Positions 20,682 through 31,205 of a stretch of 64,000 bases of DNA are shown here, one piece after another. The notes beneath the pieces are model-generated. The model was not told where the DNA came from, made no database searches, and saw only the letters and a list, made by a program, of their open reading frames with translations. The position numbers were made by a program, and so were the translations under genes. The DNA is from Candidatus Poribacteria bacterium (GTDB lineage Bacteria; Poribacteria; WGA-4E; WGA-3G). Where the stretch lies: contig OZ243938.1 of NCBI GenBank assembly GCA_965214095.1, positions 3,616,001 to 3,680,000 on the forward strand. Reading direction: 5' to 3'. Position 1 is the first letter of the stretch; the number at the start of each line of letters is the position of its first letter.

Positions 20682-20720
20682 AGCGGATGGCGAACTTCGG
20701 TTCGTTATCCGCTTTTTTTT
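20682..20720 (+). terminator. Rho-independent terminator
   Basis: AGCGGATGGCGAAC-TTCG-GTTCGTTATCCGCT followed by a T run. Confidence 0.9.
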
Positions 20721-20732
20721 ATAGATGCGGAA

Positions 20733-20947
20733 TGTCTGAACCAGGATTCACAGGATTTTTAGATTTCCAGGATTTTCCGTGTCAAGTTTGTTTTGAAAAG
20801 TTGACATACTGTCGAGACAAACATTAATGTACACTTGACAAAGAGACACCAATAAGGTAATCCTGTAAATCTGTAAATCCTGTGAATCCTGGTTCAGACA
20901 GTTCCCAATAAGGTAATCCTATAATCCTGCTAATCCTGGTTCAGACA
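20733..20947. repeat. Family-B element (168 bp, 20733-20900) plus an extra half-site
   Basis: Terminal IR TGTCTGAACCAGGATTCACAGGATT with ~9-bp periodic CAGGATT units. Confidence 0.85.
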
Positions 20948-20994
20948 AAAAAATATAAATACATAACAAAAATATACATAAAAAGGAAGGTCAA

Positions 20995-21372
20995 ATGAAA
21001 GAAGAGAAATTAACATACCAAATCATCGGCTGTGCTATGGAGGTACATAGGAAGCTTGGTAACGGTTTTCAAGAAGTGATCTATCAACGTGCTCTTGAGA
21101 TTGAATTGGAACGCGCAGGAATTGGTTTTGAACGTGAAGTAGAATATCCTATCTATTATGATAAGATCAATATTGGGTCAAGAAGAGCAGACTTCATTGT
21201 TGGAGAAAAGGTGGTAATAGAATTGAAGGCACTCATTGCGTTAGAAGATGTTCATATAGCACAAGCCAGAAACTATCTGGAGGCATTTGATTTGGATATC
21301 GGTCTATTGATTAATTTTGGCGGGAAGAGTTTGGAGCATAAAAGGTTGTTCAATCCGAACAGAAATGATTGA
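20995..21372 (+). CDS. GxxExxY protein (PD-(D/E)XK nuclease superfamily)
   Basis: IIGCAMEVH..LGNGFQEVIY, RADFIV...VIELK, GLLINFG. Confidence 0.93.
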   Translation: MKEEKLTYQIIGCAMEVHRKLGNGFQEVIYQRALEIELERAGIGFEREVEYPIYYDKINIGSRRADFIVGEKVVIELKALIALEDVHIAQARNYLEAFDLDIGLLINFGGKSLEHKRLFNPNRND

Positions 21373-21379
21373 AGTAGGT

Positions 21380-21662
21380 TGTCTGAACCAGGATTCACAG
21401 GATTGGTAGATTTCCAGGATTTTCCGTGTCAAGTTTGTTTTGATAAGTTGACATACTGTCGAGACAAACATTAATGTACACTTGACAAAGAAACACCAAT
21501 AAGGTAATCCTGTAAATCTGTAAATCCTGTGAATCCTGGTTCAGGCTCTTATCCTGTAAATCTGTAAATCCTGTAAATCCTGGTTCAGGCTCTAATCCTG
21601 TAAATCTACTAATCCTGCTAATCCTGGTTCAGACTATTATCCTGTGAATCCTGGTTCAGACA
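21380..21662. repeat. Family-B element (21380-21547, direct copy of 20733-20900) plus three stacked half-sites
   Basis: About 6 mismatches to the upstream copy by eye; repeated AATCCTGGTTCAG units. Confidence 0.85.
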
Positions 21663-21665
21663 AAA

Positions 21666-23153
21666 TTACCAATCTTCAATCAATTGCACTAACAACCGCA
21701 CACCATAACCGGTTGCGCCTTCAGGGATATATGTGGACCCTTTCATTCCCCAGGCAGTGCCAGCGATGTCAAGATGCACCCACGGATACCCTTCAGCGAA
21801 CTTTTTGAGGAACGCGGCACCGGCAATCGTACCGGAAGTGCCATCACCGATGTTCTGCACATCAGCCACTTTGCTTTTTACGCCTTCATCATAATCATCC
21901 CACAGCGGCAGTTGCCAGACGCGTTCGTGCGTTTTGTCAGCGGCGTTCTTGACCTTCTCCATCAGCGCATCGTCTGTACCCATCGCACCCGCTGCGATAT
22001 GTCCGAGAGCCGCTATCACAGCACCTGTGAGGGTTGCTAAATCAATCACACCGTTGGGTTCATACTGTGCTGTCCAACCGAGTGCATCTGCTAAAATTAG
22101 TCTACCTTCGGCATCTGTATTCATAATCTCAATTGTTTTACCACCATAGGATGTCACAACATCTCCCGGTTTAATTGCAGTGGAACCCGGCATATTTTCA
22201 GTTGTCGCGATAATCCCGAGCACACGCACATCCGGTTTCAACTGACCGATGACCTGCATTGCACCTAATACGGCTGCAGCCCCGGACATGTCGTGTTTCA
22301 TCTCGTCCATCCCTTTGCCAGATTTCAACGATATGCCACCCGTATCAAAAGTAATCCCTTTGCCAACGAGGACAACGGTATCGTGTCCTTCCCCTTCAGG
22401 TGTATATTCCAAGATGATGAACCGTGGTTCTTCAGCACTCCCTTGTGCAACTGCTAATAGGGTACGAAAGCCTTTTTCTTCAAGTGTTGGTTTGTCAAAA
22501 ACTGTGCAGTCTAATCCGACTGTATCCGCAACTTCTTCGGCTTTTTCAGCGAGTTGTGTTGGCGTGAGATGGTTGCCGGGTTGATTGCTCAGATCGCGGG
22601 CAAGGATAGTGCCGTTAGCGATGGTTTCTCCGCGTGTAACAATCCGTTCCATCAGCGATTTCTCTGATTCACTTCCTACGAGAAAGGTCAGCGATTCAAG
22701 CGATTTATTTTCATCTTCCTTATCATCGCTTTGCGTTTTGTGCTGCTTGAATTCATATAATGAAAGCAAGCTGGCTTCAACGGCTGCTTGTGTCCACTCG
22801 TCTTGTGTTTCGGGTGGAATAGGCACAGCAATAGATTTAAGCCCCATATCACGGACTTGTCGCGCAGTGTGTCCAGCAACTTGCCGTACCTGTTCAGCAT
22901 CAAGTTTCTCAAACAATCCGAGTCCAACGAGTATGACACGCGGTGCAGCAATCCCACCGTTTGTATAGAGTACGCTTGTAGTCTTCGGTTTTCCTTTGAA
23001 ATCACCGAGGTTCAGAAACGTTTGTATGCTACCGTCCAATGCGGAATCAGCGGCTAAGAGTAGCTCATTGTGCATGTCATCTTCAAGCACTGGGATGAGG
23101 ATAGCATCCGTTTCTAATTGACGAAAATCACCTATATTGACAGTTATGTTCAT
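21666..23153 (-). CDS. pepA: Leucyl aminopeptidase
   Basis: LVGKGITFDTGG, MKHDMSG, NTDAEGRL. Confidence 0.95.
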   Translation of the reverse strand: MNITVNIGDFRQLETDAILIPVLEDDMHNELLLAADSALDGSIQTFLNLGDFKGKPKTTSVLYTNGGIAAPRVILVGLGLFEKLDAEQVRQVAGHTARQVRDMGLKSIAVPIPPETQDEWTQAAVEASLLSLYEFKQHKTQSDDKEDENKSLESLTFLVGSESEKSLMERIVTRGETIANGTILARDLSNQPGNHLTPTQLAEKAEEVADTVGLDCTVFDKPTLEEKGFRTLLAVAQGSAEEPRFIILEYTPEGEGHDTVVLVGKGITFDTGGISLKSGKGMDEMKHDMSGAAAVLGAMQVIGQLKPDVRVLGIIATTENMPGSTAIKPGDVVTSYGGKTIEIMNTDAEGRLILADALGWTAQYEPNGVIDLATLTGAVIAALGHIAAGAMGTDDALMEKVKNAADKTHERVWQLPLWDDYDEGVKSKVADVQNIGDGTSGTIAGAAFLKKFAEGYPWVHLDIAGTAWGMKGSTYIPEGATGYGVRLLVQLIEDW

Positions 23154-23230
23154 ATTTAATCCTTTTTTTTGTGATGTTTTAATTGTAACTATAGTTTGGA
23201 CAGTTTTTTGGTGTATAGCACACGTTGAAC

Positions 23231-23487
23231 CTTATGCGTCAATTTAGCGTCCTTCCAAGTACCGGTAGGTTCGGTTTCCTAACCGAACCGGACTCACCCC
23301 CGTGTCGGTAGGTTCGGTTTCCTAACCGAACCGGCTTTGTGCCAAATACCTTCATAGAGGTTCTCGCGTAGGATCTGGTTCGGTTAGGAAACCGAACCTA
23401 CCATCACGGGGCGTAGGATCTGGTTCGGTTAGGAAACCGAACCTACCATCACGGGGCGTAGGATCCGGTTCGGTTAGGAAACCGAAC
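23231..23487. repeat. REP-A cluster with a 45-bp tandem array (about 3 units)
   Basis: CGTAGGATCTGGTTCGGTTAGGAAACCGAACCTACCATCACGGGG repeated from about 23367. Confidence 0.8.
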
Positions 23488-24974
23488 CATAAGCGTCAAT
23501 TTAGTGATTTTTTGCTGCATTTTCAAGGTGTTCTAATGTTGTGTCTCTATTAGCACGTCTCTCAATGTAGCACCCATTTTGGAAAGCGTGTTTTATTTCA
23601 TCAAAAGTTTGCCGAAAAGACATTATAGACTTGCGGAAACCTATTGCAAGTGTGCGTGCGAAGGTGCTAATAAGTTCTGCTGTTTTTGTTAGACTATGTT
23701 TTAGACATCGCCAGCCGACCCTTAACATGATCCAGTGCCGCATAATTGCGACGATGAGTTTTGCATATAACTCACATAAGATTCTATATGGCTTGTCGCT
23801 ACGGGAGGTATCAACTTTTCCAATGCTTTTGAAGCACTTGAACATCAACTCAATCTGCCATCGGATGCGTGCGACAGCACAAATCTGTTCAGCAGTCAGA
23901 TGGTCTACTTCTATATTAGTAATGTAGATATTCCATCTTGCGAGCTGAAGTCGTTTTGGTGAAGGTTTCGTCTGCTTCCGCTTCGCACGATGTTTTATCT
24001 CCTTAATACGCTGTTGGTTTTCTGTTTCTGAAAGTCTTTGAACAACTAATCGTGCTTTGAGACGCTTGTTTTTACCTATAAAGATTTGTTTGTCCTTGAA
24101 GTTATCAGAACCCTTCTTGAGCCATTTTAGCAAGCAAAAAGGGTCACCTGTTTCATCATAGAGAAAACACTGGACTTTGTAGCGTGATATCCAAAAGACG
24201 TTTGCATCGGAAAGTCTTTTGAAGGTATCAAGTGAATAATAGCCGAGGTCTGCGAGGCGCAAACTGCCGGCGGGTAGCATATCAATCTGCTTTTCAATAG
24301 TGCTATCAGCGGTGATACCATTGGTCAGTTCAAAGTGTTCAAAAGTGCCTGTGGCACTATCAAAACGCAGGTGGAGTTTCACGGCAGCTGTGTTCGGTTT
24401 GTTCTTTTTGCTTCCACCTTCCCAAGTTTCGTGGAGCACATCAGGGAGTGTAATCCAAGAACTATCTTGTAAATAGACACCAGTGAACTTTTCAAGGAGC
24501 GGAAGCGTTTGCGGGTCGGCAGAAATAACCTGGGAAGCAGTAGCATCAAGGATAACTTTCAGGGTCTCTGCTGCTTCAGATGTAAATCGTTGTTCAATGG
24601 CTTGTCGTGAGATTGAAATCCCCAGTACACCAGCAGTTTGCGCAAGTTGTGTATAGGTGGCATCCGGGTTTTCTAACCAAGTCCAAATAAGTATTTGAGC
24701 AAAACGACTACCGTTGAGTTTACAACTTCTTTTGACAAAACCTGTATTGAGAGCTGCATCATTGGCTATAGTTGTAAGAATATGTTGCATTTCTTTGGGA
24801 ACTTGTGATAATGTATTCATTGGAAACACCTCTTTGTAGACCATAATAACTCTATATCTACATTATATATGAGGTGTTTTCATTTTTACAGAAGTTTTAT
24901 TTCATAATTTATACTTTCTCTGATTAAAAGTTGACACTTATCGGTCTTAGTGCATCCTTAAATTGACGCTTATG
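23488..24974 (-). mobile_element. IS4-family insertion sequence, 1487 bp
   Basis: Perfect 16-bp TIR CATAAGCGTCAATTTA; flanked on both sides by GTTCGGTTAGGAAACCGAAC (23468-23487, 24975-24994). Confidence 0.88.
23501..24844 (-). CDS. IS4-family DDE transposase
   Basis: QDSS, LADLGY, RWQIELMFK (YREK-like; the Y position is A). The stop codon overlaps the TIR. Confidence 0.9.
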   Translation of the reverse strand: MVYKEVFPMNTLSQVPKEMQHILTTIANDAALNTGFVKRSCKLNGSRFAQILIWTWLENPDATYTQLAQTAGVLGISISRQAIEQRFTSEAAETLKVILDATASQVISADPQTLPLLEKFTGVYLQDSSWITLPDVLHETWEGGSKKNKPNTAAVKLHLRFDSATGTFEHFELTNGITADSTIEKQIDMLPAGSLRLADLGYYSLDTFKRLSDANVFWISRYKVQCFLYDETGDPFCLLKWLKKGSDNFKDKQIFIGKNKRLKARLVVQRLSETENQQRIKEIKHRAKRKQTKPSPKRLQLARWNIYITNIEVDHLTAEQICAVARIRWQIELMFKCFKSIGKVDTSRSDKPYRILCELYAKLIVAIMRHWIMLRVGWRCLKHSLTKTAELISTFARTLAIGFRKSIMSFRQTFDEIKHAFQNGCYIERRANRDTTLEHLENAAKNH

Positions 24975-25036
24975 GTTCGGTTAGGAAACCGAACCTACCG
25001 TCTTGGGAAAACGCCTAATTTACACTACATACTAAG

Positions 25037-25345
25037 TTATTTAGATTTACGCATGCCCGTCATAATGACGAGGGGTTCATCACTTGTTACCGTTAATGAA
25101 TGGTAAGTATTAGCAGGCACATCAATTCGGTCACCTTTTTCGACGGTGCCTTCCGCATCGGCGACTTTTGCTTCTGCCGTGCCAGATAACACACAAACGA
25201 CTTCATCCTGCGTGTGAATATAATCAAGATACGCACCACCCGGACGACCAGACCACTGATATGCGTCAAAACCTTCTGATTGTAATTGTGCTTTCAATAC
25301 GTCTACATCGTCATTTTCTTCTAACCAACGTGTTTTCCATTTCAT
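25037..25345 (-). CDS. Cupin domain protein
   Basis: H.HTQDE-like motif and DRIDVPANTYH. Start set at ATG 25345 after AAGGAG. Confidence 0.8.
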   Translation of the reverse strand: MKWKTRWLEENDDVDVLKAQLQSEGFDAYQWSGRPGGAYLDYIHTQDEVVCVLSGTAEAKVADAEGTVEKGDRIDVPANTYHSLTVTSDEPLVIMTGMRKSK

Positions 25346-25356
25346 TGCTATTCTCC

Positions 25357-28068
25357 TTATAGCGGTTCTAATTTTACTGGACACACCTTCAACTCAGCAG
25401 TATGTGTAATCGGATCATATCCAGAACCTGTTAGCAGATTTACAGGTACATCTGCAAAACTGAAACTGGCAAATACTGTGCCGCGTGGTGAACGATTTGT
25501 TGCCTTGACTTTTATATTTATACTCCCACGCGCACTACTCATTTTGCACCATTCCCCATCTGACAACTGCCATTTGTCGAGGTCTGCGGGGTTCACTTCA
25601 AGCGATTCTTCGGGTAAAAGATAGTCTATACCTTGAGACCTTCCCGTTTGTGTGCGGGTATGATAGGATTGCAAACGTCTACCAGTCGTCAACCAAACAG
25701 GAAAATCATCGCTGATTGTCTCCGCTGGGTCACGGTAATGCACTTTAGAAAAAATACCTTTTCCGTTAACAAAAGTATCCTCGTGCAATAGCGGTGTGCC
25801 GGGGTGATCTTTATGCGGAACAGGCCACTGGTTGTTTAAGATGTCCGTAACGCCATTCTCAATACGTTCCCAATCTAATCCGGCATAAATCGGTGAGAGA
25901 CTGCAGAGTTCATTGAATATCGGTTCAGGTGAGTCATACTCGAATCCGTTGAATTCCAGTCGTTTTGCCAGTTCAGAAATAATCCACCAATCAGGTTTTG
26001 CTTTACCGGGAGGTGGTACTGCTGCACGTAACCGTTGCACACGTCGTTCAGTATTTGTGCATATACCATCGGTTTCACCCCATGCTGTTGCTGGCAGCAC
26101 AACATCGGCAAGTTCCGCTGTTTCGGTCAGAAATATGTCAATGACAACGAGGTGGTCTAAGGCTCGGAGGGCATGTTCACAATGTTCTCGGTCAGGGTCA
26201 GACAACAACGTGTTCTCACCATCAATAAGCATCGCGTGAATGCTATCCCCGCAAAGGTCTAAAGCCGTAACTTTCGTAATTCCTTTCTCAAGGTCAACTT
26301 CCTTGCCATAAGCCGCTTTGAACTTTGCTTGATACTCAGGATCCGTGACCGATTGAAACCCCGGATAGTTGTTTGGTAAAGCACCACTGTCGCCTGCGCC
26401 TTGGATATTATTTTGTCCACGCATTGGGTTAATGCCCGTTCCTTCGCGTCCGACATTCCCTGTCATCAGCACAAGGTTACATAAACTTTGGACGTTTTCT
26501 ACGCCGCAGATATGTTCTGTAATTCCAAGTGTGTAGTAGATAGCAGCTGCATCCGATGCACCATACCACATCGCAGCGGTTTCTATGTTTTGTGCGGGGA
26601 CACCTGTGATTGTTTCTGCCCATTCAGGTGTCCACTGACTGATATGTTCAAAGAAGTCGTCAAAGCCGGTTGTCCGATTTTTAATGAATTCTTCATCAAT
26701 CAATCCTTCACGAGCGATGACGTGTGCCATTCCGAGGAGCAGTGCTGTGTCTGAACCCACACGGAGGGGCAGATATAGATGAGACAACTCTGCCAAGCCG
26801 ATACGTCTCGGATCTGCGACAATAAGTTTTGCACCGCGAGCAATCGCCTTTTTCAATCCGGTCGCTGCAACAGGATGGCATTCAGTCATGTTTGTACCGA
26901 TACAGAAGATGACATCAGGTTTCTGCATATCGACGAGTGGGTTAGACATCGCGCCTCGTCCGATTGTCGCTGCCAGACCGGCAACGGTCGGTGCATGTCA
27001 GGCACGGCTGCAATTGTCAATATAGTTTGTCCCAAAGCCTACGCGTATGAACTTCTGCATCAGATACGCCGCTTCACTCGGTGCACGTCCAGAAGCGATA
27101 CCGTAGATACCATGTCTACCGTGTTCAGCATTGGCTTTTCTGAATCCTTCAGCAGCGACATCAAGTGCATCTTCCCAACTCGCTTCATGCAGTTCACCAT
27201 CATCACCACGGATTAGCGGTGTCTTTAGTCTATCAGAATGATGTACAAAATCGTAAGCGAACTGTCCCTTGACGCAGAGCGCGCCTTCATTCGCAGGACC
27301 GTCCATTGCAGGGTGGATACCAATTATTTTTTCGTCTTTTGAAAGCACATCAATAGAACAGCCAACGCCACAATATGGACAGATAGTTCGTGTCTTGTCA
27401 AACGTCCCGTCTGTAACCTCATCAACCGCACGGAGTGCCTTTTTGTCGGCAAGTGCACCCGTGGGACAAGTCTGGATACACTGTCCACAGAACGTGCAAG
27501 CAGAGTCCTTTAGAAGTCCATCAAACTCTGTGGTAATCTGTGTCTGAAAACCGCGGTTCATCACATTGATGGCGTGGTCACCTTCCTGCTCAGCACAGAC
27601 ACGAACACACCGATAGCACGAAATGCATAGTTCATAATCCCGAAGAATAAAGGGATTGTCATCAGTTTTGTTCGTGCCAGATATAGTGCCCTCAATATCG
27701 GTTGTCTTAATCTGGTATTCATCACAGAGATTGGCAAATTCACGGGAAGCGTATCCACGCAACGGATGCACATCTACCTCACGGTTCTCACTCATCACCA
27801 TTTCAAGCAGTGTTTTCCGATATGTCTCAATTGTATCAGTTGATGTGCGGATGACCATACCAGCGGCAGCTTTCGTTGTGCAAGAGGCTACCGGGTTTCG
27901 CGCACCTTCCATCTCTACGATACACAAGCGGCAGCCACCAAAAGGGTCTAACCGTGGATCATAACACAACGTAGGAATATCTTTCTCATGACGTTGTGCC
28001 ACTTCAAGCACAGTCTCACCTTCAATAAAGTCGACTTCAATTCCGTCAATCTGCATTTTATCTGCCAT
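25357..28068 (-). CDS. fdhF: Selenocysteine-containing formate dehydrogenase alpha subunit (FdhF-like with N-terminal Fe-S domains), 903 aa
   Basis: Two track ORFs are in frame across TGA 26998-27000: DNCSRA-U-HAPTVAGL. 2Fe-2S/4Fe-4S motifs, CPYCGVGC, RGQNNIQG. Confidence 0.92.
26962..26997 (-). promoter_or_regulatory. Bacterial SECIS element
   Basis: GUUGCC-GGUCU-GGCAGC hairpin starting 12 nt after the UGA; resembles the E. coli fdhF SECIS (GUUGCAGGUCUGCAC). Confidence 0.8.
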
Positions 28069-28116
28069 AATCCACGTTTTTATCCTGTCAAATGTGAACA
28101 GATCAATATAACACCT

Positions 28117-28190
28117 GTAGGTCGGGTAGAGGCACGAAACCCGACAAGCATTGAACGTGTCGGGTTTCGCGTTGCTCTACCCGACCTACG
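28117..28190. repeat. REP-C doublet
   Basis: GTAGGTCGGGTAGAGGCACGAAACCCGAC...GTCGGGTTTCGCGTTGCTCTACCCGACCTAC; also at 12102, 38894 and 60740. Confidence 0.85.
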
Positions 28191-28243
28191 ATATAAACTC
28201 TTAGTAACGTTCATCAATTGAAAATTATTAAAACTAAACGCAA

Positions 28244-29284
28244 TTAGTTTTCTTCTGTAAAATCGATCTGCGGCACCTCAAACTCACCCGATAAAATCCT
28301 GGCTTTTTCCGCTTCAACTTTATCAAGCACATTTTGAGGTATCTTCTCTTTCATTTTGGGATTGTAGGTGAGTGTGATTGCCTGGTCCTTCAACATATTA
28401 AAGGTATAAATCTGCGGTTTAAACTTACCATCCTTAACCTCTTTCGCTATCTGAACAAATACATCAGGAGTAATTACGGCATTGGCAAGTACTGTTTCTG
28501 GTGATATGTCACTCTTATCCAGATTGGCACCAAAGGTATATACTGTCTTACCTTCTTCCAAGGCATTCTCTGCCGCTTCATAAGCACCGAGTCCAGCAGC
28601 ATCTGCATTGGGAAACAGAAAGTCAACACCTTGATTAATCAGTGCTTCTGAGTATCTTTTCCCTGTAACAGCATCTGTCCAGTCCCCAACCCACATTTCG
28701 ATAACTTTTACTTCAGGATTAACACTCTTCGCACCTGCTTCAAAAGCGATGAAAGTACTCTTGACAGATGGAATCTCCTGTCCACCGATACACCCCAGTT
28801 TGTTCCCTTGTGTCATCATACCCGCCATTATACCTAACAGGTACGCGGGTTGTTCAACACGGAAGTTTGCGGGAGAGATGTTGTCAGTGATCGTGCCACC
28901 TGATGAGGTGATAAAAATCGTATCCGGAAAATCAGGTGCGACTGCCTTTGCCGGTTCTTGATATTCATAACCGTGTCCAAAGATCAAGTCAAATCCCTTA
29001 TCTGCATAATAACGGAAGTGTTGCTCTTGCTCAGGCATAGTCTTACTCTCAACGTCCATTATTTTTGCCCCAAGTTCTTTTTCTATCTGAAGAAGTCCAG
29101 TGTATGCCAATGCGTTCCATCCTGCATCCGATTTAGAAGCGGGAAGAAGCATGGCAACTTTGAATTCCTCCTCTGTGTTCTTATCTGAACATTCAATTAT
29201 CACGGCTGACATGGTTAAAAGAAGCATCAAACATATCGTAAATTTTGCGCTAAACTTAAGTGACCGACGAACTCGTATCATCAT
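28244..29284 (-). CDS. BMP/PnrA family ABC substrate-binding lipoprotein
   Basis: SDAGWN, GFDLIFGHGYEY, AFEAGAKSVNP. Confidence 0.88.
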   Translation of the reverse strand: MMIRVRRSLKFSAKFTICLMLLLTMSAVIIECSDKNTEEEFKVAMLLPASKSDAGWNALAYTGLLQIEKELGAKIMDVESKTMPEQEQHFRYYADKGFDLIFGHGYEYQEPAKAVAPDFPDTIFITSSGGTITDNISPANFRVEQPAYLLGIMAGMMTQGNKLGCIGGQEIPSVKSTFIAFEAGAKSVNPEVKVIEMWVGDWTDAVTGKRYSEALINQGVDFLFPNADAAGLGAYEAAENALEEGKTVYTFGANLDKSDISPETVLANAVITPDVFVQIAKEVKDGKFKPQIYTFNMLKDQAITLTYNPKMKEKIPQNVLDKVEAEKARILSGEFEVPQIDFTEEN

Positions 29285-29420
29285 CTTGTTCTCCTATCTA
29301 TTGTTGAATCTTACACAATTATAGCAGAATTGTTTGTGCGGTGCAAATTGTAAGTTGATTGGCGGGGTCATTTAGTTTTCGGTTTTTCTTGTGTTTTTTC
29401 ACATACGCTAAATACCTCAA

Positions 29421-29853
29421 GCCGGTAGGTTCGGTTTCCTAACCGAACCATAGGCGTCAATTTAGTGTATATTAGGCGTTTTCCCCAGGCCGGTAGGTGC
29501 GGTTTCCTAACCGCACGGAACCTATGCGAGAACCTCTATAAAGGTATTTGGCACAAAGCCGGTTCGGTTAGGAAACCGAACCATGGGCGTCAATTTAGTG
29601 TATATTAGGCGTTTTCCCCAGGCCGGTAGGTTCGGTTTCCTAACCGAACCGGATCCTCCGTGAGAACCTCTATGAAGGTATTTGGCTCAAAGCCGGCTGG
29701 GTTTCCTAATTGAACCTTATGTGTCAATTTAAGGGAATTACACTATAATCCCAAGCCGGTAGGTTCGGTTTCCTAACCGAACCGGATCCTCCGTGAGAAC
29801 CTCTATGAAGGTATTTGGCTCAAAGCCGGTTCGGTTAGGAAACCGAACCTACC
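29421..29853. repeat. Nested REP-A/MITE cluster
   Basis: Multiple REP-A hairpins; MITE ends at 29449 and 29582, each directly after a REP hairpin; a degenerate end near 29716. Confidence 0.8.
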
Positions 29854-29918
29854 TTCTTGAGATTAACTTTCAGTAAATCCTAATGTTGATAATTTTTTAG
29901 AATGAGATTTTGGTCAGT

Positions 29919-31205
29919 TCACAACAACGGCTCAGAAATTTTTCCAAGCACACGCGGCAGCCAGAGACTCAAATCCGGAATATAAGTCACAAGGATCAAG
30001 GCGATCAGCAACAAACCGATAAACAGTATCACAGACCGATAGAGGAGCACAACCGACCTGTCAAACTTCATACTTGAAATAAACAGATTCATTCCAACAG
30101 GAGGTGTGAGATAACCGATCTCAAGGTTGGTTAGGACAATGATACCGAGATGAACCTTGTCAATACCAAATTGGTCGGCGATGGGTAGCAGTAACGGAAC
30201 GACGATGATAATCGCTGAAAAAATGTCCATCATACACCCAACGATCAGCAGAAAAATATTGAGTCCGATCAATGTTACGACACGACTATCTGTCATTGAC
30301 TCTATCCAATCAAGCACGATTGTTGGCACATCAAGCGTAATGAGATAGTTTGTCAACGCCAAAGCAATACCGAGAATAATTAGAATTGCCCCAACAAGAA
30401 CCATACTATCTTTGACTATACGTGGTAGGGTTTTTATAGATATGGATCGGTGGATACATATTTCAACGACACAGACATATATGACTGTCAATGCAGCAAT
30501 TTCATCAAGGGTAACGTAACCTGTAAGGATTCCACCTAACACGAGGAATGGTAATATCAGTTCCCATTTAGCATCCCAAAAGGTTCGTAGGAAAACAGAA
30601 AAGTCAAATGGGGTAGTTTCTGTCTTCTTAAGAACACTCCATCCGCTACAGTAGAAACTTAGGATGGCAAGAATGATTATTCCCGGTATGATCCCCGCAA
30701 AGAACATACTATCAATCGGCACTTGTGCGATAATCGCATAGAGAATAAGAGGAATACTTGGCGGGAATAGCAGACCGATACTACCGGAGGCAGTAATCAA
30801 CCCAAGCGAAAACCTTTCATTATAGGTTTGTCGCAGAATAGGATAGACCAATCCACCGAGGGCAATAATGGTTACACCAGAGGCACCGGTAAATGTGGTA
30901 AAGAAAGCACAGGTGATAAGAACAACAACCGCTATGCCACCCGGCAACCAACCGACACTGGCACGGGCAAATGCAACTAATCTTTGCGGTGCTTTCCCCT
31001 CGGCAATAATGTAACCAGCGAATGTAAATAGCGGAATAATCAGTATTGTGGAATTCTTTGTCAGTCTATTGATATCAATTAGGATGGTAGAAATCGGTTC
31101 ACCAGCCATAGCATAACCGACAATCGCAGCACCCCCAAGTAGAACAAAGAGCGCACCACCCAACAGAGCAAAACCGACTAATCCGATGCCGATAATATAT
31201 CCCAT
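29919..31205 (-). CDS. dctM: TRAP transporter large permease
   Basis: IPLFTFAG, GSIGLLFPPSIP, EIGYLTPPVGMNLF. Confidence 0.92.
   Translation of the reverse strand: MGYIIGIGLVGFALLGGALFVLLGGAAIVGYAMAGEPISTILIDINRLTKNSTILIIPLFTFAGYIIAEGKAPQRLVAFARASVGWLPGGIAVVVLITCAFFTTFTGASGVTIIALGGLVYPILRQTYNERFSLGLITASGSIGLLFPPSIPLILYAIIAQVPIDSMFFAGIIPGIIILAILSFYCSGWSVLKKTETTPFDFSVFLRTFWDAKWELILPFLVLGGILTGYVTLDEIAALTVIYVCVVEICIHRSISIKTLPRIVKDSMVLVGAILIILGIALALTNYLITLDVPTIVLDWIESMTDSRVVTLIGLNIFLLIVGCMMDIFSAIIIVVPLLLPIADQFGIDKVHLGIIVLTNLEIGYLTPPVGMNLFISSMKFDRSVVLLYRSVILFIGLLLIALILVTYIPDLSLWLPRVLGKISEPLL

Noticed and set aside
26998-27000. Nonsense mutation making fdh a pseudogene
   Set aside because: The TGA is at the canonical Sec position and is followed by a SECIS-like hairpin.
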